A stretch of 64,000 nucleotides of DNA from Squalus acanthias (Eukaryota): contig CM059431.1 of the NCBI GenBank assembly GCA_030390025.1, positions 151,964,001 through 152,028,000 of the forward strand. The letters are read 5' to 3'. Shown piece by piece: positions 1 to 10,504 of the stretch. The stretch's first letter is position 1. Each line of letters begins with the position of its first letter. A program made the position numbers and the translations under genes. A model generated the notes under the pieces. The model saw nothing but the letters and a program-made list of their open reading frames with translations, ran no database searches and was not told the origin of the DNA.

Positions 1-645
1 CATGCTAGAGAATTGATAACATACGCTTGATAATTGATAGAATATATTTGATAATTGATAATACACGTTTGATAATTGATAGGACATGCTTGATAATTGA
101 TAATACACGCTTGATTATTGATAATCCAGGCTTGATAATTGATAATTCACGCTTGATAATTGATTATACAAGCTTGATAAATGATAATAAACGCTTGATA
201 ATGGACAGGACGTGCTTGATAATTGATAATACACGCTTGATAATTGATTGGACATGCTTGATATTTGATAGGATATGCTTGATGATTGATATAACCGCCT
301 TGATGATTGATAGCTCATGCAGGATAACTTATAAAACAAGCTTGATAATTGATAATACATGCTTGATAATTGATAATACACGCTCGATATTTGATAATAC
401 ACGCTTGATACTTCACAGGCCACTCCAGACAATTAATAATGGACGCTTGATAATTGATAATACAAGCTTGATAATTGATAATCCACCCTTGATTATCGAT
501 TGGACATTTTAATAATTGATTATTCACGCGTGATAATTAATAATACATGTCTGATAATTGATAGGACACGCTGGATATTTGATAATACACGCTTGATAAT
601 TGATAGAACAATATTGATAATTGATATCACCAACTTGATTATTGA
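1..645. repeat. 21-bp minisatellite (consensus ~TTGATAATTGATAATACACGC), left part
   Basis: Direct tandem repeats of GCTTGATAATTGATA(ATACAC/GGACAT); these produce the spurious 'LIID' ORFs. Confidence 0.95.
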
Positions 646-935
646 TATGATGTGGAGTTGCCGGTGTTGGACTGGGGAGGACAAAGGTGAGAAGTCGCAC
701 AACAACAGGTTATATTCCAACAGCTTTATTTGAAAACACAATCTTTCGGAGCGCTGCTCGTTCGTCAGGTGAAGTGAAGAGATGCATATAGGCACAGCAT
801 ATATAGTCAGAGAACACTGCCAGATGATTACAGTTAATCTTTCCAACTGCCCTTTATCACACCTCGGCAGAGAGATAATCAGGCCAATCAAAGGTGTGGA
901 TGGTGTCCAAACAGGTCAGTCAGGAAAACATTACA
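646..935 (-). mobile_element. Penelope-like element terminal (pLTR) fragment
   Basis: Shares ~85 bp with the insertion at 40275-40361; minus strand reads TCAC-CTGACGA-ACGAGCAGCGCTCC-GAAA. Right boundary uncertain. Confidence 0.65.
736..772 (-). ncRNA. Degenerate minimal type I hammerhead ribozyme motif (Penelope)
   Basis: CUGACGA...GAAA core at 768-744; stem II has one mismatch; stem III palindrome mutated (GAAAGAUU). Confidence 0.55.
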
Positions 936-937
936 TC

Positions 938-1085
938 AAAGACAATGTGGCAGATGCTGGGGTCTGTATGGAAAACAAAAAACATTTTTTTGCTGAAATC
1001 ACAGCAGGACTCGAGTCGTCGTTGGCTTCTTCTCTCTACACAGATGCTGCGGGACCTGCTGTGATTTCCTGCAAAAAAATGTTTT
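938..1085. mobile_element. Miniature Penelope-like remnant with ~30-bp inverted repeat
   Basis: 979-1008 AAAACATTTTTTTGCTGAAATCACAGCAGG is nearly the reverse complement of 1055-1085; includes the CACAGATGCTGC..ACCTGCTG pLTR motif also at 5166-5188. Confidence 0.6.
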
Positions 1086-1089
1086 GGGT

Positions 1090-2655
1090 TGGGTCTAGGA
1101 CACTGCCCTGAGGAAATCCTGCAGCGACGTCCTGGGGCTGTGATAATTGAACTTCAACCACCACAACCATGTTCCTTGTGCTAGGTATGACTCCAGTCAG
1201 GGAAGCGTTTTCCCCCTGATTCCCATTGACTTCAGGTTTACTAGGGCTCCATGATGCCAGACTCGGTCAAATGCTGCCTTGATGCCAAGGGCAGTCACTC
1301 TCACCTCACCTCTGGAATTCAGCTCCTTTGTCCATGTTTGGACCAAGGCTGTAATGAGGTCGGGAGCCGAGTGGTCTTGGCGGAACCCAAACTGGGCATC
1401 AGTGAGCAGATTATTGGTGAGTAAGTGCCGCTTGATAGCACTGTCGATGACACCTTCCATCACTTTGCTGATGATTGAGAGTAGACTGATGGGGCGGTAA
1501 TTGGCCGGGTGGATTTGTACTGCTTTTTGTGGACAGGACATACCTGGGCAGTTTTCCACATTTTCGGATAGATGCCACTGTTGTAGCTGTACTGGAACAG
1601 CTTGGATAGTGGAGTGGCTAGTTCTCGAACACAAGGCTTCAGCACGATAGCCGGGATGTTGTCGGGGCCCATAGCCTTTGCTGTATCCAGTGCGCTCAGC
1701 CGTTTCTTGATACCACGTGGAGTGAATCGAATTTGCTGAAAACTGGCTTCTGTGATGGTGGGGACCTCGGGAGTAGGCCGATATGGATCATCCACTCTGC
1801 ACTTCTGGCTGAAGTTGTTGGTAAACACTTCAGCCTTGTCTTTTGCACTCACGTGCTGGGCTCCGCCATCATTGAGGATGCGGATATTCTTGGAGCCTCC
1901 TCCTCCCGCTAGTTGTCTAAAGGTCCATCACCATTCACGACTGGATGTGGCAGATACTGCAGAGCTTTGAACTGATCCGTTGATTGTGGATCGCTTAGCC
2001 CTGTCTATAGCATGCTGCTTCCGCTTTTTAGAATGCATTTAGTCCTGTTTTGCAGCTTCCCCAGGTTGGCACCTCATTTTTAGGTAAGCCTGGTGCTGCT
2101 CCTGTCACGCTCTTCTACACTCGTTGTTGAACCAAGGTTGGTCCTTTGGCTTGGTGGTAATGGTAGAATGATGGATATGCCCGGCCATGAGTTTACAGAT
2201 TGTGGTGGAATACAATTCTGCTGCTGCTGATGGCCCACAGAGCCTCATGGGCGCCCAGTTTAGAGCTGCTAGATCTGTTCTGAATCTATCCCATTTATCA
2301 CGGTGCCACACAACACGCTGGAGGGTGTTCTCATTGTGAAGACGGGGCTTGGTCTCCACAATGACTGTGCGGTGGTCACTGCTGCCAATGCTGTCATGGA
2401 CAGATGCATCTGCGACAGGTAGACAAGAAGAAGGTGAGGACGATGTCAAGCAGGTTTTTCCCTCGTGTTGGTTCACTCACTACCTGTCGCAGTCCCAGAC
2501 TGGCAGTAATGTCCTTCAGGACTCGGCCAGCTCGGTGCTACCGAGCCACTCTTGCTGATGGACATTGAAGTCCCCCACCCAGAGTACATTATGTGCCCTT
2601 GCTACTCTCAGTGCTTCTTCCAAGTGGTGTTCAACATTGAGGAGTATTGACTCGT
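1090..2655 (-). mobile_element. CR1-group LINE (family B) fragment: APE endonuclease end and RT N-terminal part, frameshifted
   Basis: Peptides WVGDFNVH, SDHRTV, NYRPISLLSIISKVME, QFGFR, KAAFDRVWH. Confidence 0.9.
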
Positions 2656-2683
2656 CCAGTTTCATTCTTAATATTTTGTTTCG

Positions 2684-2990
2684 GAGCAGTTAGTTACAAC
2701 TGAGTGACTTGCTAGGCCATTTCAGAGAGCAGTTAAGAGTCAACCACATTGCTGTGGGTCTGGAGTCACATCTATGCCAGACCAGGTATAGGACATTAGT
2801 GAGCAAGATGGGTTTGTACGACAATGCGATAGTTTCATGGGCACCATTACTGATGCTATCTCTTTATTCCAGATTTATTTTATTAACTGAATTTAAATTC
2901 CCCAGCTGCCGTGGTGGGATTTGAACTCACGGTTTCTGGATCATTAGTCCTACTGGATTACTAGCCCAGTGACATTACCACTACGCTACC
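2684..2990 (-). mobile_element. tRNA-derived SINE-like head and body (possibly the 5' end of the adjacent LINE)
   Basis: Minus strand starts GGTAGCGTAGTGG (A-box-like) and contains GAGTTCAAATCC (B-box, 2929-2918). Confidence 0.75.
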
Positions 2991-2997
2991 TTTCCAT

Positions 2998-3352
2998 TAT
3001 GCTTGATAATTGATAGGACACGCTTGAAAATTGATTGGACATGCATGATAATTGGAAATACAGGCTTGATAATTGATAATACACGATTAATATTTGATAA
3101 TAAACGCTTGTGAATTGAAAGGACACGCTTGATAATTGATAAGTCATGGAGGATAATTGATAATACAAGCTTGCTTTTTGATAGGATACACATGATAATT
3201 GATACTGCATTCTTGTTGATTGATAGGATAATTGCTAGTACACGCTTGATAATTGGTAAGACATGGAGGATAATTGAAAATACACGAGTATTAAGTGATT
3301 GGACTTGCATGATAATTGACAATAGAATCTTGATAATTGATAGGACATGCAT
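2998..3352. repeat. 21-bp minisatellite, right part (same unit as 1-645)
   Basis: Same GCTTGATAATTGATA unit and orientation. Confidence 0.93.
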
Positions 3353-4284
3353 GAGGGATGAATATAGTGAGGAATGTCCAGTGTTTGATGAATTCACACC
3401 CTCGGGCCACAGAGAGAGCATTTGTTTATTCGTTTATGTTATGTGGGCGTCGCTGGTAAGGCCAGCACTTATTGCACATTCCGATTTGCCCTTGAGAAGG
3501 TGTTGGTGAGCCGCCTTCTTGAACCGCTGCAGTCCGTGTGGTGACGGTACCCCAACATTATTGTTAGGGAGGGAGTTCCAGCATTTTTGAACCAGCGACG
3601 ATGAAGGATCGACGATATACTTCTAAGTCAGGATGGTGTGTGACTTAAAGGGGTTGTGGAGGTGGTGGTGTTCCCCTATGCCTGCAGCCCTTGTTCTTCT
3701 AGGGGGAATGAGATCGCGGGTTTCGGAGGTGATGCCGAAGAAGCCTTGGCGAGATGCTGCAGTGCATCTTGTAGCTGGTACACACTGCAGCCATGGTATG
3801 CCGGTGTTGGAGGGGCTGAATATAAAATAATCTGGATGGGGTGCCAATCAAGCGGGCTGCTTTGTCCTGGATGGTGTCGAGCTTCTTGAGTGTTGCTGGA
3901 GCTGCACTCATCCTGGCAAGTGGAGCATATTTCATCACACTCTTTACTTGTCCCTTGTTGATGGTGGAAAGACTTTGGCGAGTCAGGAGGTGAGACACTC
4001 GCCGCAGAATACTAAGCCTCTAACCTGCTCTTGTTGCCATAGTATTTATGTGGCTGGTCCAACTAAGTTTCTGGTCAATGGTTACCCCCAGGATGTTGAT
4101 GGTGGGGGATTTGGCGATGGTAATACCGTTCAAAGTCAAGGGGAGTTGGTTAGACTTTCGATTGTTGAAGATAGCCATTGCCTGGCACTTCTGTTGCATG
4201 AAAGTTACCTGCCACTTATCATCCCCAGCCTGATGCACGTCCAGGTCTTGTTGCATGCGGGCATGGACTGTTTCATTTTTTGAA

Positions 4285-5215
4285 GAAAACCAAAGCAAAA
4301 TATGCAGATGCGGGAAATCTAAAATAAAAACAGAAAATGCAAGAAATACTCAGCAGGTCAGGCAGCATCTGTGGAGTTCAGTCCTCTAACACCCCCAACA
4401 CCCCTTCCCCTTCGCCCGACAATTCCACGTGCAAGCGCAGGAGATGCAACACATGCCCTTTTACCTCCTGCCTTCCCACTGTCAAGGGCCCCAATCACTC
4501 CTTCCAAGTATAACAGCGATTTACTTGTACTTCTTGCAATTTCGTATACTGTATTCACTGCTCACGATGCGGTCTCCTCTGCATTGGGGAGACCAGACGG
4601 AGATTGGGTGACCGCTTTGAGGAACACCTCCGTTCAATCCGTAAGGGTAAGCCCGAGTTTCTGGTCACCTGTCACTTTAATTCTCCGCTCCACTCCCACT
4701 CTGACCTCTCCGTCCTCGGCCTCTTTCACTTTTCCAATGAAGCTCAACGTAAGCTTGAGGAACAACACCACATCTTTCGATTAGGCACTTTACAGCCTTC
4801 TGGACTCAACCCCGAGTTCAACAATTACAGGTAATTTCCTCGGCCCCTATCTTTTTTTCAGTTCTTTTCTCTCTCTCAGATGGCAGCTGTCGATCATTCA
4901 GCCATTGCCATTTACACTTCATCTAGTGCCATCTGTTGTTTCTTAACTTGACACTTTACCATTTCCTTTTGCCTTGCACCATCATCCCTTTTTTTCTCTT
5001 AATCTCTCCTGCCTTCCACCCTATCACAGATCTTCCCTTTTGGTCTTTCCTCCGTTCCCCCCGTTCCCTGGCTCTACAGGTGCTTAAAAATCTGTCCAAT
5101 CTCCAGATTTTTCCAGAACTGATGAAGGCTCATCGACCTGAAACGTTAACTCTGTTCCTCTCTCCACAGATGCTGCCTTACCTGCTGAGTATTCCCAGCA
5201 TTTTCTGTTTTTACT
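4285..5215 (+). mobile_element. 5'-truncated Penelope-like retroelement with GIY-YIG remnant and inverted pLTR
   Basis: ~4537-4660 translates NFVYCIHCSRCGLLCIGETRRRLGDRFEEHLRS (GIY-YIG); ~4325-4376 is the reverse complement of ~5163-5213. Confidence 0.88.
5113..5152 (+). ncRNA. Minimal hammerhead ribozyme motif in Penelope 3' pLTR (degenerate)
   Basis: CTGATGA(5119-5125)-AGGCTCATCGACCT-GAAA-CGTTAAC; palindromic AACGTT stem III; stems I and II imperfect. Confidence 0.6.
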
Positions 5216-6464
5216 TTACATTATTTGAGGAGTTGTGAATGGTGCTGAACACTGTGCAGTCATCAGCAAACATCTCCATATCTGACCTTATGTTGGAGGG
5301 ACGGTCATTGATGAAGCAGCTGAAGATGGTTGGGCCTGGGTCACAGCCCTGAAGAACTCCTGCAGCGATGTCCTGGGGCTGTAATGATTGACCTTCAGCC
5401 ACCACAACCATCTTCCCTTGTGCTAGGTATGACTACTGTCGGTGGAGCATTTTCCCCCCGATTCCCATTGACTTCAGATTTACGAGGGATCCTTGATGCC
5501 ACACTCGGTCAAATGCTGCCTTGATGTCAAGGGCTGTCACTCTCACCTCGCCTCTGGAATTCAGCTCCTTTGTCCATGTTTGGACCAAGGCTGTAAGGAG
5601 GTCGGGAGCCGATTGGTCTTGGCCGAACACAAACTGGCCATCAGTTAACAGGTTATTGGTGAATAAGTGCTTTTTGATAGCATTTTCGATGACACCTTCC
5701 ATCACTTTGCTGATGATTGAGATTAGAATAATGGGGTGTTAATCGGCCAGGTTTGATTAGTCCTGCTTTTTGTGGACAGGACATAATTGGCCACTTGTTT
5801 ACATTGTCGGCTAAATTCCAGTGTTGTAGCTGTACTGTAACTGCTTGGCTAGAGGCGCGGCTAGTTCTGGAGCACAAGTCTTCAGTTCGACAGCCGGGAT
5901 GTTGTCGGGGCCCACAGCCTTTGTTTTATCCAGTCCGCTCAGCTATTTCTTCATATCACGTGGAGGGAATCGAATTGGCTGAAGACTGGCTTCTGTGATG
6001 GTAGGGACATCAGGAAGAGGCCGATAAGTATCATCCACTCGGCACTTCTAGCTGAAGATGGTTGCAAACGCTTCAGCCTTGTCTTTTGCACTCACGTGCA
6101 GGGCTGCACCATCATTGAGGATGCGGATAATCATGGAGCCTCCTCCTTCAGTTAATTGTTTAATGGTCCACCAACATTCACGACTGGATGTGGCAGGACG
6201 AAAGATCTTTGATCTGATCCGTTGATTGTGGGATCTCTTAGCCCTGTCAGGAAGCCACGAAAAACAAAGCACTTTAAAGATCGTGTAGTTGGTGCAGCGT
6301 TGGGGTAGCGTCTTTGTGAAGTGATGCCTGGCGGAGGCATTGAGTGTGATTGTGTGAGAGAAATGCGCTGCGCAGACGGGATTATGCAGAAGGAAAGGCC
6401 GAATGTGAACGATGTAATGTTCCATGTTAGCCACGGTATGTCGCTGTTGCTATCAAACATGTGA

Positions 6465-6518
6465 GCCCGGATATCTCAGTCGCACTGAGGGGGCAGGGTT
6501 CAAGTTCCTGCTCGGGCG
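6465..6518 (+). pseudogene. tRNA-Lys(UUU) pseudogene, ~19-nt internal deletion removing the anticodon
   Basis: GCCCGGATATCTCAGTCG...CTGAGGGGGCAGGGTTCAAGTTCCTGCTCGGGCG matches both ends of vertebrate tRNA-Lys-TTT. Confidence 0.85.
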
Positions 6519-7129
6519 TTGGGTTTAAATCAGAATTCGCAATATCCTCTCGTGCAACCCAATGTCGGTGCTTTAAGGCCCATTGAGGGGCATTGTCGAA
6601 ATGATCAATTCTTACTTTCGTGCAGTCCCGTGAAGCACGACTATATCAAGCTGATCTTTCCTGCTGTCTCAACAAAACGTATTAATATGTGTTAAACGTC
6701 TCCACAACATCTGATTTTTCAGATACACTTTTTAAAAAATATTTTCTGAATGTATTTCCAAAGTTTGCAAACAAAATTGACTTTTTTGATAGGTTATTTT
6801 CTAATGGCAGTGCTTTCAAGTGATAATTGTTGCTCTATTATTAGATTTATTGGACATTAAACTGTTTTACAGCATTCTGATCATTCATCTGCACCATGCA
6901 ATCATTCCTTTACTAGTTTTAGCTGCAGAAATTAAATTCATCATGAAAGATATCAACAACATTGTTATTAATCTGTGATACTGTATAATCTTTCACCTTT
7001 TATTAGATTCAGAATTTAAAGTTGATTATGTCGCACATGACATATGTTAATCTATTAAAATTCAAAAACTTTTCAAGACATGCGATCCTTATATTCTTCC
7101 ACGAATAAAAATCCACAAATACACTTCAT

Positions 7130-8255
7130 AGGATCATAGTATCAAAGAAACTTACAGCACAGAAGGAGGCCAATCAGCCCATCGTGCTTTTGTTGGCTCT
7201 CAGAAAGAGCAGTGGTGCTTAGTCCCATAAGAACATAAGAACATAAGGAATAGGAGCAGGAGTAGGCCATGCGGCCCCTCGAGCCTGCTCTACCATTCAA
7301 CAAGATCATGGCTGTTATTCTACCTCATCTCCACTTTCCTGCACTATCCCCATATCCCTTGATTGCCTGAATATTTAAAAATCTATCGATCTCTATCTTG
7401 AATATACGCAACGACTGAGCCTCCAAAACCCTCGGGGGTAGATAATTCCAAAGATTTACCACCCTCTGAGTGACTACATTTCTCCTCATCTTTGTCCTAA
7501 ATGGCCGACCCCTTATTCTGAGAATCTGAATGCTGGTTCTAAACTCCCAGCCAGGGGAAACTTCCTCCCTGAATGTACCCTGTCATGCCACGTAAAAATG
7601 TTGTATGTTTCAATGAGATGACCTCTCATTCTTCTAAACTCTAGAGAATATAGGCCTAGTCTTTCAATCTCTCCTTGTAGGACAATCCCCCATATAAGAA
7701 ATAAGTCTGTTGAACCTTTGCTGCTCTCCCTCTATGACAAGTATATCCTTCCTTCGGTAAGGAGACCAAAACTTTTCCATTTCCCATGTTCTTGCCCACT
7801 CACTTAGCCGGTCTATATCCCCTTGAAGCCTCCTTGCATCCTCCTCACAACTTACATTCCCACCCAGCTTTGTATCATAAGCAAACTTGGATATATTACA
7901 TTTGCTCCTCTCATCCAAGTCATTGATATAGATTGTGAATATCTGAGATCCAATCAGAGATCCTTGCGGTACCTCACTAGTTACAGCCTGCCAACCGGAA
8001 AATGACCCGGTTATCCCTACTGTCTGTTTTCTTTCCGTTAACCAATCCTCAATCCATGCTAGTATATTACCCCGAATCCCATGAGGCTTAATTTTGTTTA
8101 ATAACCTCTTCTGTGGCACCTAATCGAACGCCTTCTGAAAATCCAAATATGCCACATTCACTGGTACTCCTTTATCTATTCTGCGAGTTACAATATAAAA
8201 ACATACTAACAGACTCGTCAAACACGATTTCCCTTTCATAAACAGGTGTTCCCTA
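7130..8255 (-). mobile_element. CR1 LINE 3' fragments (RT end and 3' tails)
   Basis: VPQGSL..IYINDL..SKFAYDTKLGG; TTCTTATG-type tail repeats at ~7226-7246. Confidence 0.9.
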
Positions 8256-8308
8256 GTACTGATATCGCATATTAACCTATTGAACTTCAAGAACTGGTCA
8301 GAAATGCC

Positions 8309-8363
8309 ATCCTGATAAACTCAGTCGGTAGATCATCAGACCTTTAATCTGAGGGTCTTGGGA
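8309..8363 (+). pseudogene. tRNA-Lys pseudogene, 3' truncated
   Basis: CTCAGTCGGTAGATCATCAGACCTTTAATCTGAGGGTC. Confidence 0.8.
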
Positions 8364-8485
8364 TCTTTCCTGCTGTCTTAAAAAAACTAATTATTATGTG
8401 TTAAACGTTTGCCATAACACCTGATTTTCTGAAATATAATGGGGCTACATGGAAGATGGAATTCAACATTTTGATTTAAAAGCAG

Positions 8486-8520
8486 TGCCTGTATTGGGTC
8501 TTGAACCCTGGACCATCTGA
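8486..8520 (-). pseudogene. tRNA-Lys 3'-half fragment
   Basis: Minus strand TCAGATGGTCCAGGGTTCAAGACCCAATACAGGCA; its flank 8440-8485 matches the flank of the copy at 49379-49450. Confidence 0.7.
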
Positions 8521-8669
8521 CACTGAACATGACTTCGGTCGCATCCTGCATTTCCTACTTTTTCATTCGTTCAGGGCCCATTATAAAATGTCTTGCCCAC
8601 AATTAGGACTGAAACGGCCCCTGTAAACCGGTCACGCTGTAATTGCGCTCTGTCGCCAGTGGTGACGCT

Positions 8670-8842
8670 GTAGAGTCTCCGTTACGCAATCTTCCTTCGG
8701 AGTCAGAAGCGGTAAACTCCAATGCAGGACTTCATCAGAAATATGGGCTGACACTTCTGTGCAGGACTGAAAGAGTGCAGCATTGTTCGAGATACTCTCC
8801 GTTCAATGAAACTGTAAAAGCCGGACCTATCTGCCCGCTGAC
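8670..8842 (+). mobile_element. Degenerate Deu-domain (SacSINE1-like) SINE fragment
   Basis: GAGTCAGAAG...GGCTGACACT...GTGCAGGACTGA...CTATCTGCCC follows the recalled DeuSINE order. Confidence 0.55.
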
Positions 8843-8902
8843 AGTGTCTGTGTGGGTGAAATGTGAGCCATGGAAAGCTGTAGCACAGAATTCACTGCAT
8901 GA

Positions 8903-8976
8903 ACACACATAGTTCAGTCGGTAAACTATGAGACTTTTAATCTGATGGATCCAGGGTTCAAGTCCTTGTAAAAGTT
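8903..8976 (+). pseudogene. tRNA-Lys(UUU) pseudogene
   Basis: ATAGTTCAGTCGGTAAACTATGAGACTTTTAATCTGATGGATCCAGGGTTCAAGTCC; acceptor stem broken. Confidence 0.82.
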
Positions 8977-9099
8977 CTGCTTTTTTAAAAGGGCCCCGTT
9001 CTATTGGGTCAGGAGACAATGGTGGACGGAATTGATGGGGAGAGCAGTGCTTGCAACATTCACAACAAGATTACAGAAGAATTACAGATAACCACCATT

Positions 9100-9685
9100 A
9101 TAAAGCCCTTCAATTTTCTACACTAAAGTTCTGATGTAGCTTTACAAAACACTGTGTCGGCCTCAACTGGAATATTGTGTCCAATTCTAGGCACGGCACT
9201 TTAGGAAGGATGTCAAAGCTTTGAGAGGGTTCAGGAAAGATTGACAAGAATGCTTCCAGGGATGAGCTATTTCAGTTACGTGGATAGACTGGAGAAGCTG
9301 AGGTTGTTCTCCTTACAGCAGAGAAGGTTGAGAGGAGATTTGATAGACGTGTTCAACATCATGAGGGGTCTAGACAGAGATGATAGAGATAAACTGTTCG
9401 CATCGGCTGAAGGGTCCAGAACCAGAGGGCACAGATTTAAGATGATTGGCAGGAGAACCAAGGACGACATGAGGAAAAACCTTTTTTTACAGAGCGAGTG
9501 GTTAGGATCTGGAATGCTCTGACTGAGAGAGTGGTGGATGCAGATTGATCGTGGCTTTCAAAACTGAACTGATTAAGCACTTGAACAAAAACATTGTAGG
9601 GCTATGGGGAAAGGGCTCGGGAATGGGACTTGCTGAAGTGCTGTTGCAGGGAGCCGGAACGGGCCTCCTTCTGTGCTGTAATGAG
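9100..9685 (+). mobile_element. CR1 LINE 3' end
   Basis: RPQLEYCVQF, RRLRGDLI, RTRGH; GGCCTCCTTCTGTGCTGTAA tail. Confidence 0.88.
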
Positions 9686-9687
9686 CC

Positions 9688-10395
9688 TCCGAACACATAT
9701 CCGCATCATAACAAAGACCGTCTATTTCCACCTCCTTCACATCGCCCGTCGCTGCCCTTGCCTCAGCTCATCTGCTGCTAAACACTCATTCATGCCTTTG
9801 TTACATCTAGACTTGATAATTCCAACGCACTCCTGGCTGGCCCCGCACATTCTACCCTACATAAACTTGAGGTCATCCAAAACTCTGATGCCCGTGTCCT
9901 AACTCGCACCAAGTCCCGTTCCCCCATCACTCCTGTGCTCACTGACCTACACTGGCTCCCGGTTAAGCAATGCCTCATTTTCAAAATTCTCATTCTTGTT
10001 TTCAAATCTCTCCATGGCGTCGCCCCTTCCAATCTCTGTAATCTCGTTCAACCCCACACACAACCGTCCCCCCCAGATATCTGGCCTCCTCTAATTCTGC
10101 CCTCTTGAGATTCCCTGATTATAATCGCTCAACAATTGGTGGCCGTGCCTTCTGTTGCCTTGGCCGTAAACTCTGAAATTCTCTGCTTAAACCTCTCTGC
10201 CTCGCTACCTCACTTTCCTCCTTTAAGACGCTGCTTAATACATACCTCTTCGAACAAACTTTTGCTCACCTGCCCTAATTGCAGCTGATGTGGCTGGATG
10301 TCAATATTTTTTTTATCTTATAATACTCCTGAGCAGCGCCTTGTGACGACTTATTATGTTAAAGGCGCTATATAAATACAAGTGGTTGTTGCTCT
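9688..10395 (+). mobile_element. L2 LINE 3' end
   Basis: HIRIITKTVYFHLLHIAR..IHAFVTSRLD..LHWLPV; tail GGCGCTATATAAATACAAG. Confidence 0.85.
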
Positions 10396-10504
10396 TGTTG
10401 TAACCATGCTATGATTCTATGATAAAGGAAACTTTATCGGTAATTTAAGCTGGGGTGTCTCATTCCAGTACCTGCAGTGTAAGGCAGTTAACGCTGACGC
10501 CCAC

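Larger units (their letters stand above)
3420..6247 (-). mobile_element. CR1-group LINE (family B), 3' half with 3' tail, interrupted by Penelope at ~4285-5215
   Basis: RT motifs (DIKAAFDRVWH, GVLQG, MFADDC, LGVTIDQKL); 3' tail CAATAAGTGCTGGCC...GACGCCCACAT. Confidence 0.9.

Noticed and set aside
27..733. Repetitive 'LIID..' / 'YYQLSS' ORFs (also 2981-3509)
   Set aside because: Translations of the 21-bp satellite; the period is divisible by 3, so frames stay open by chance
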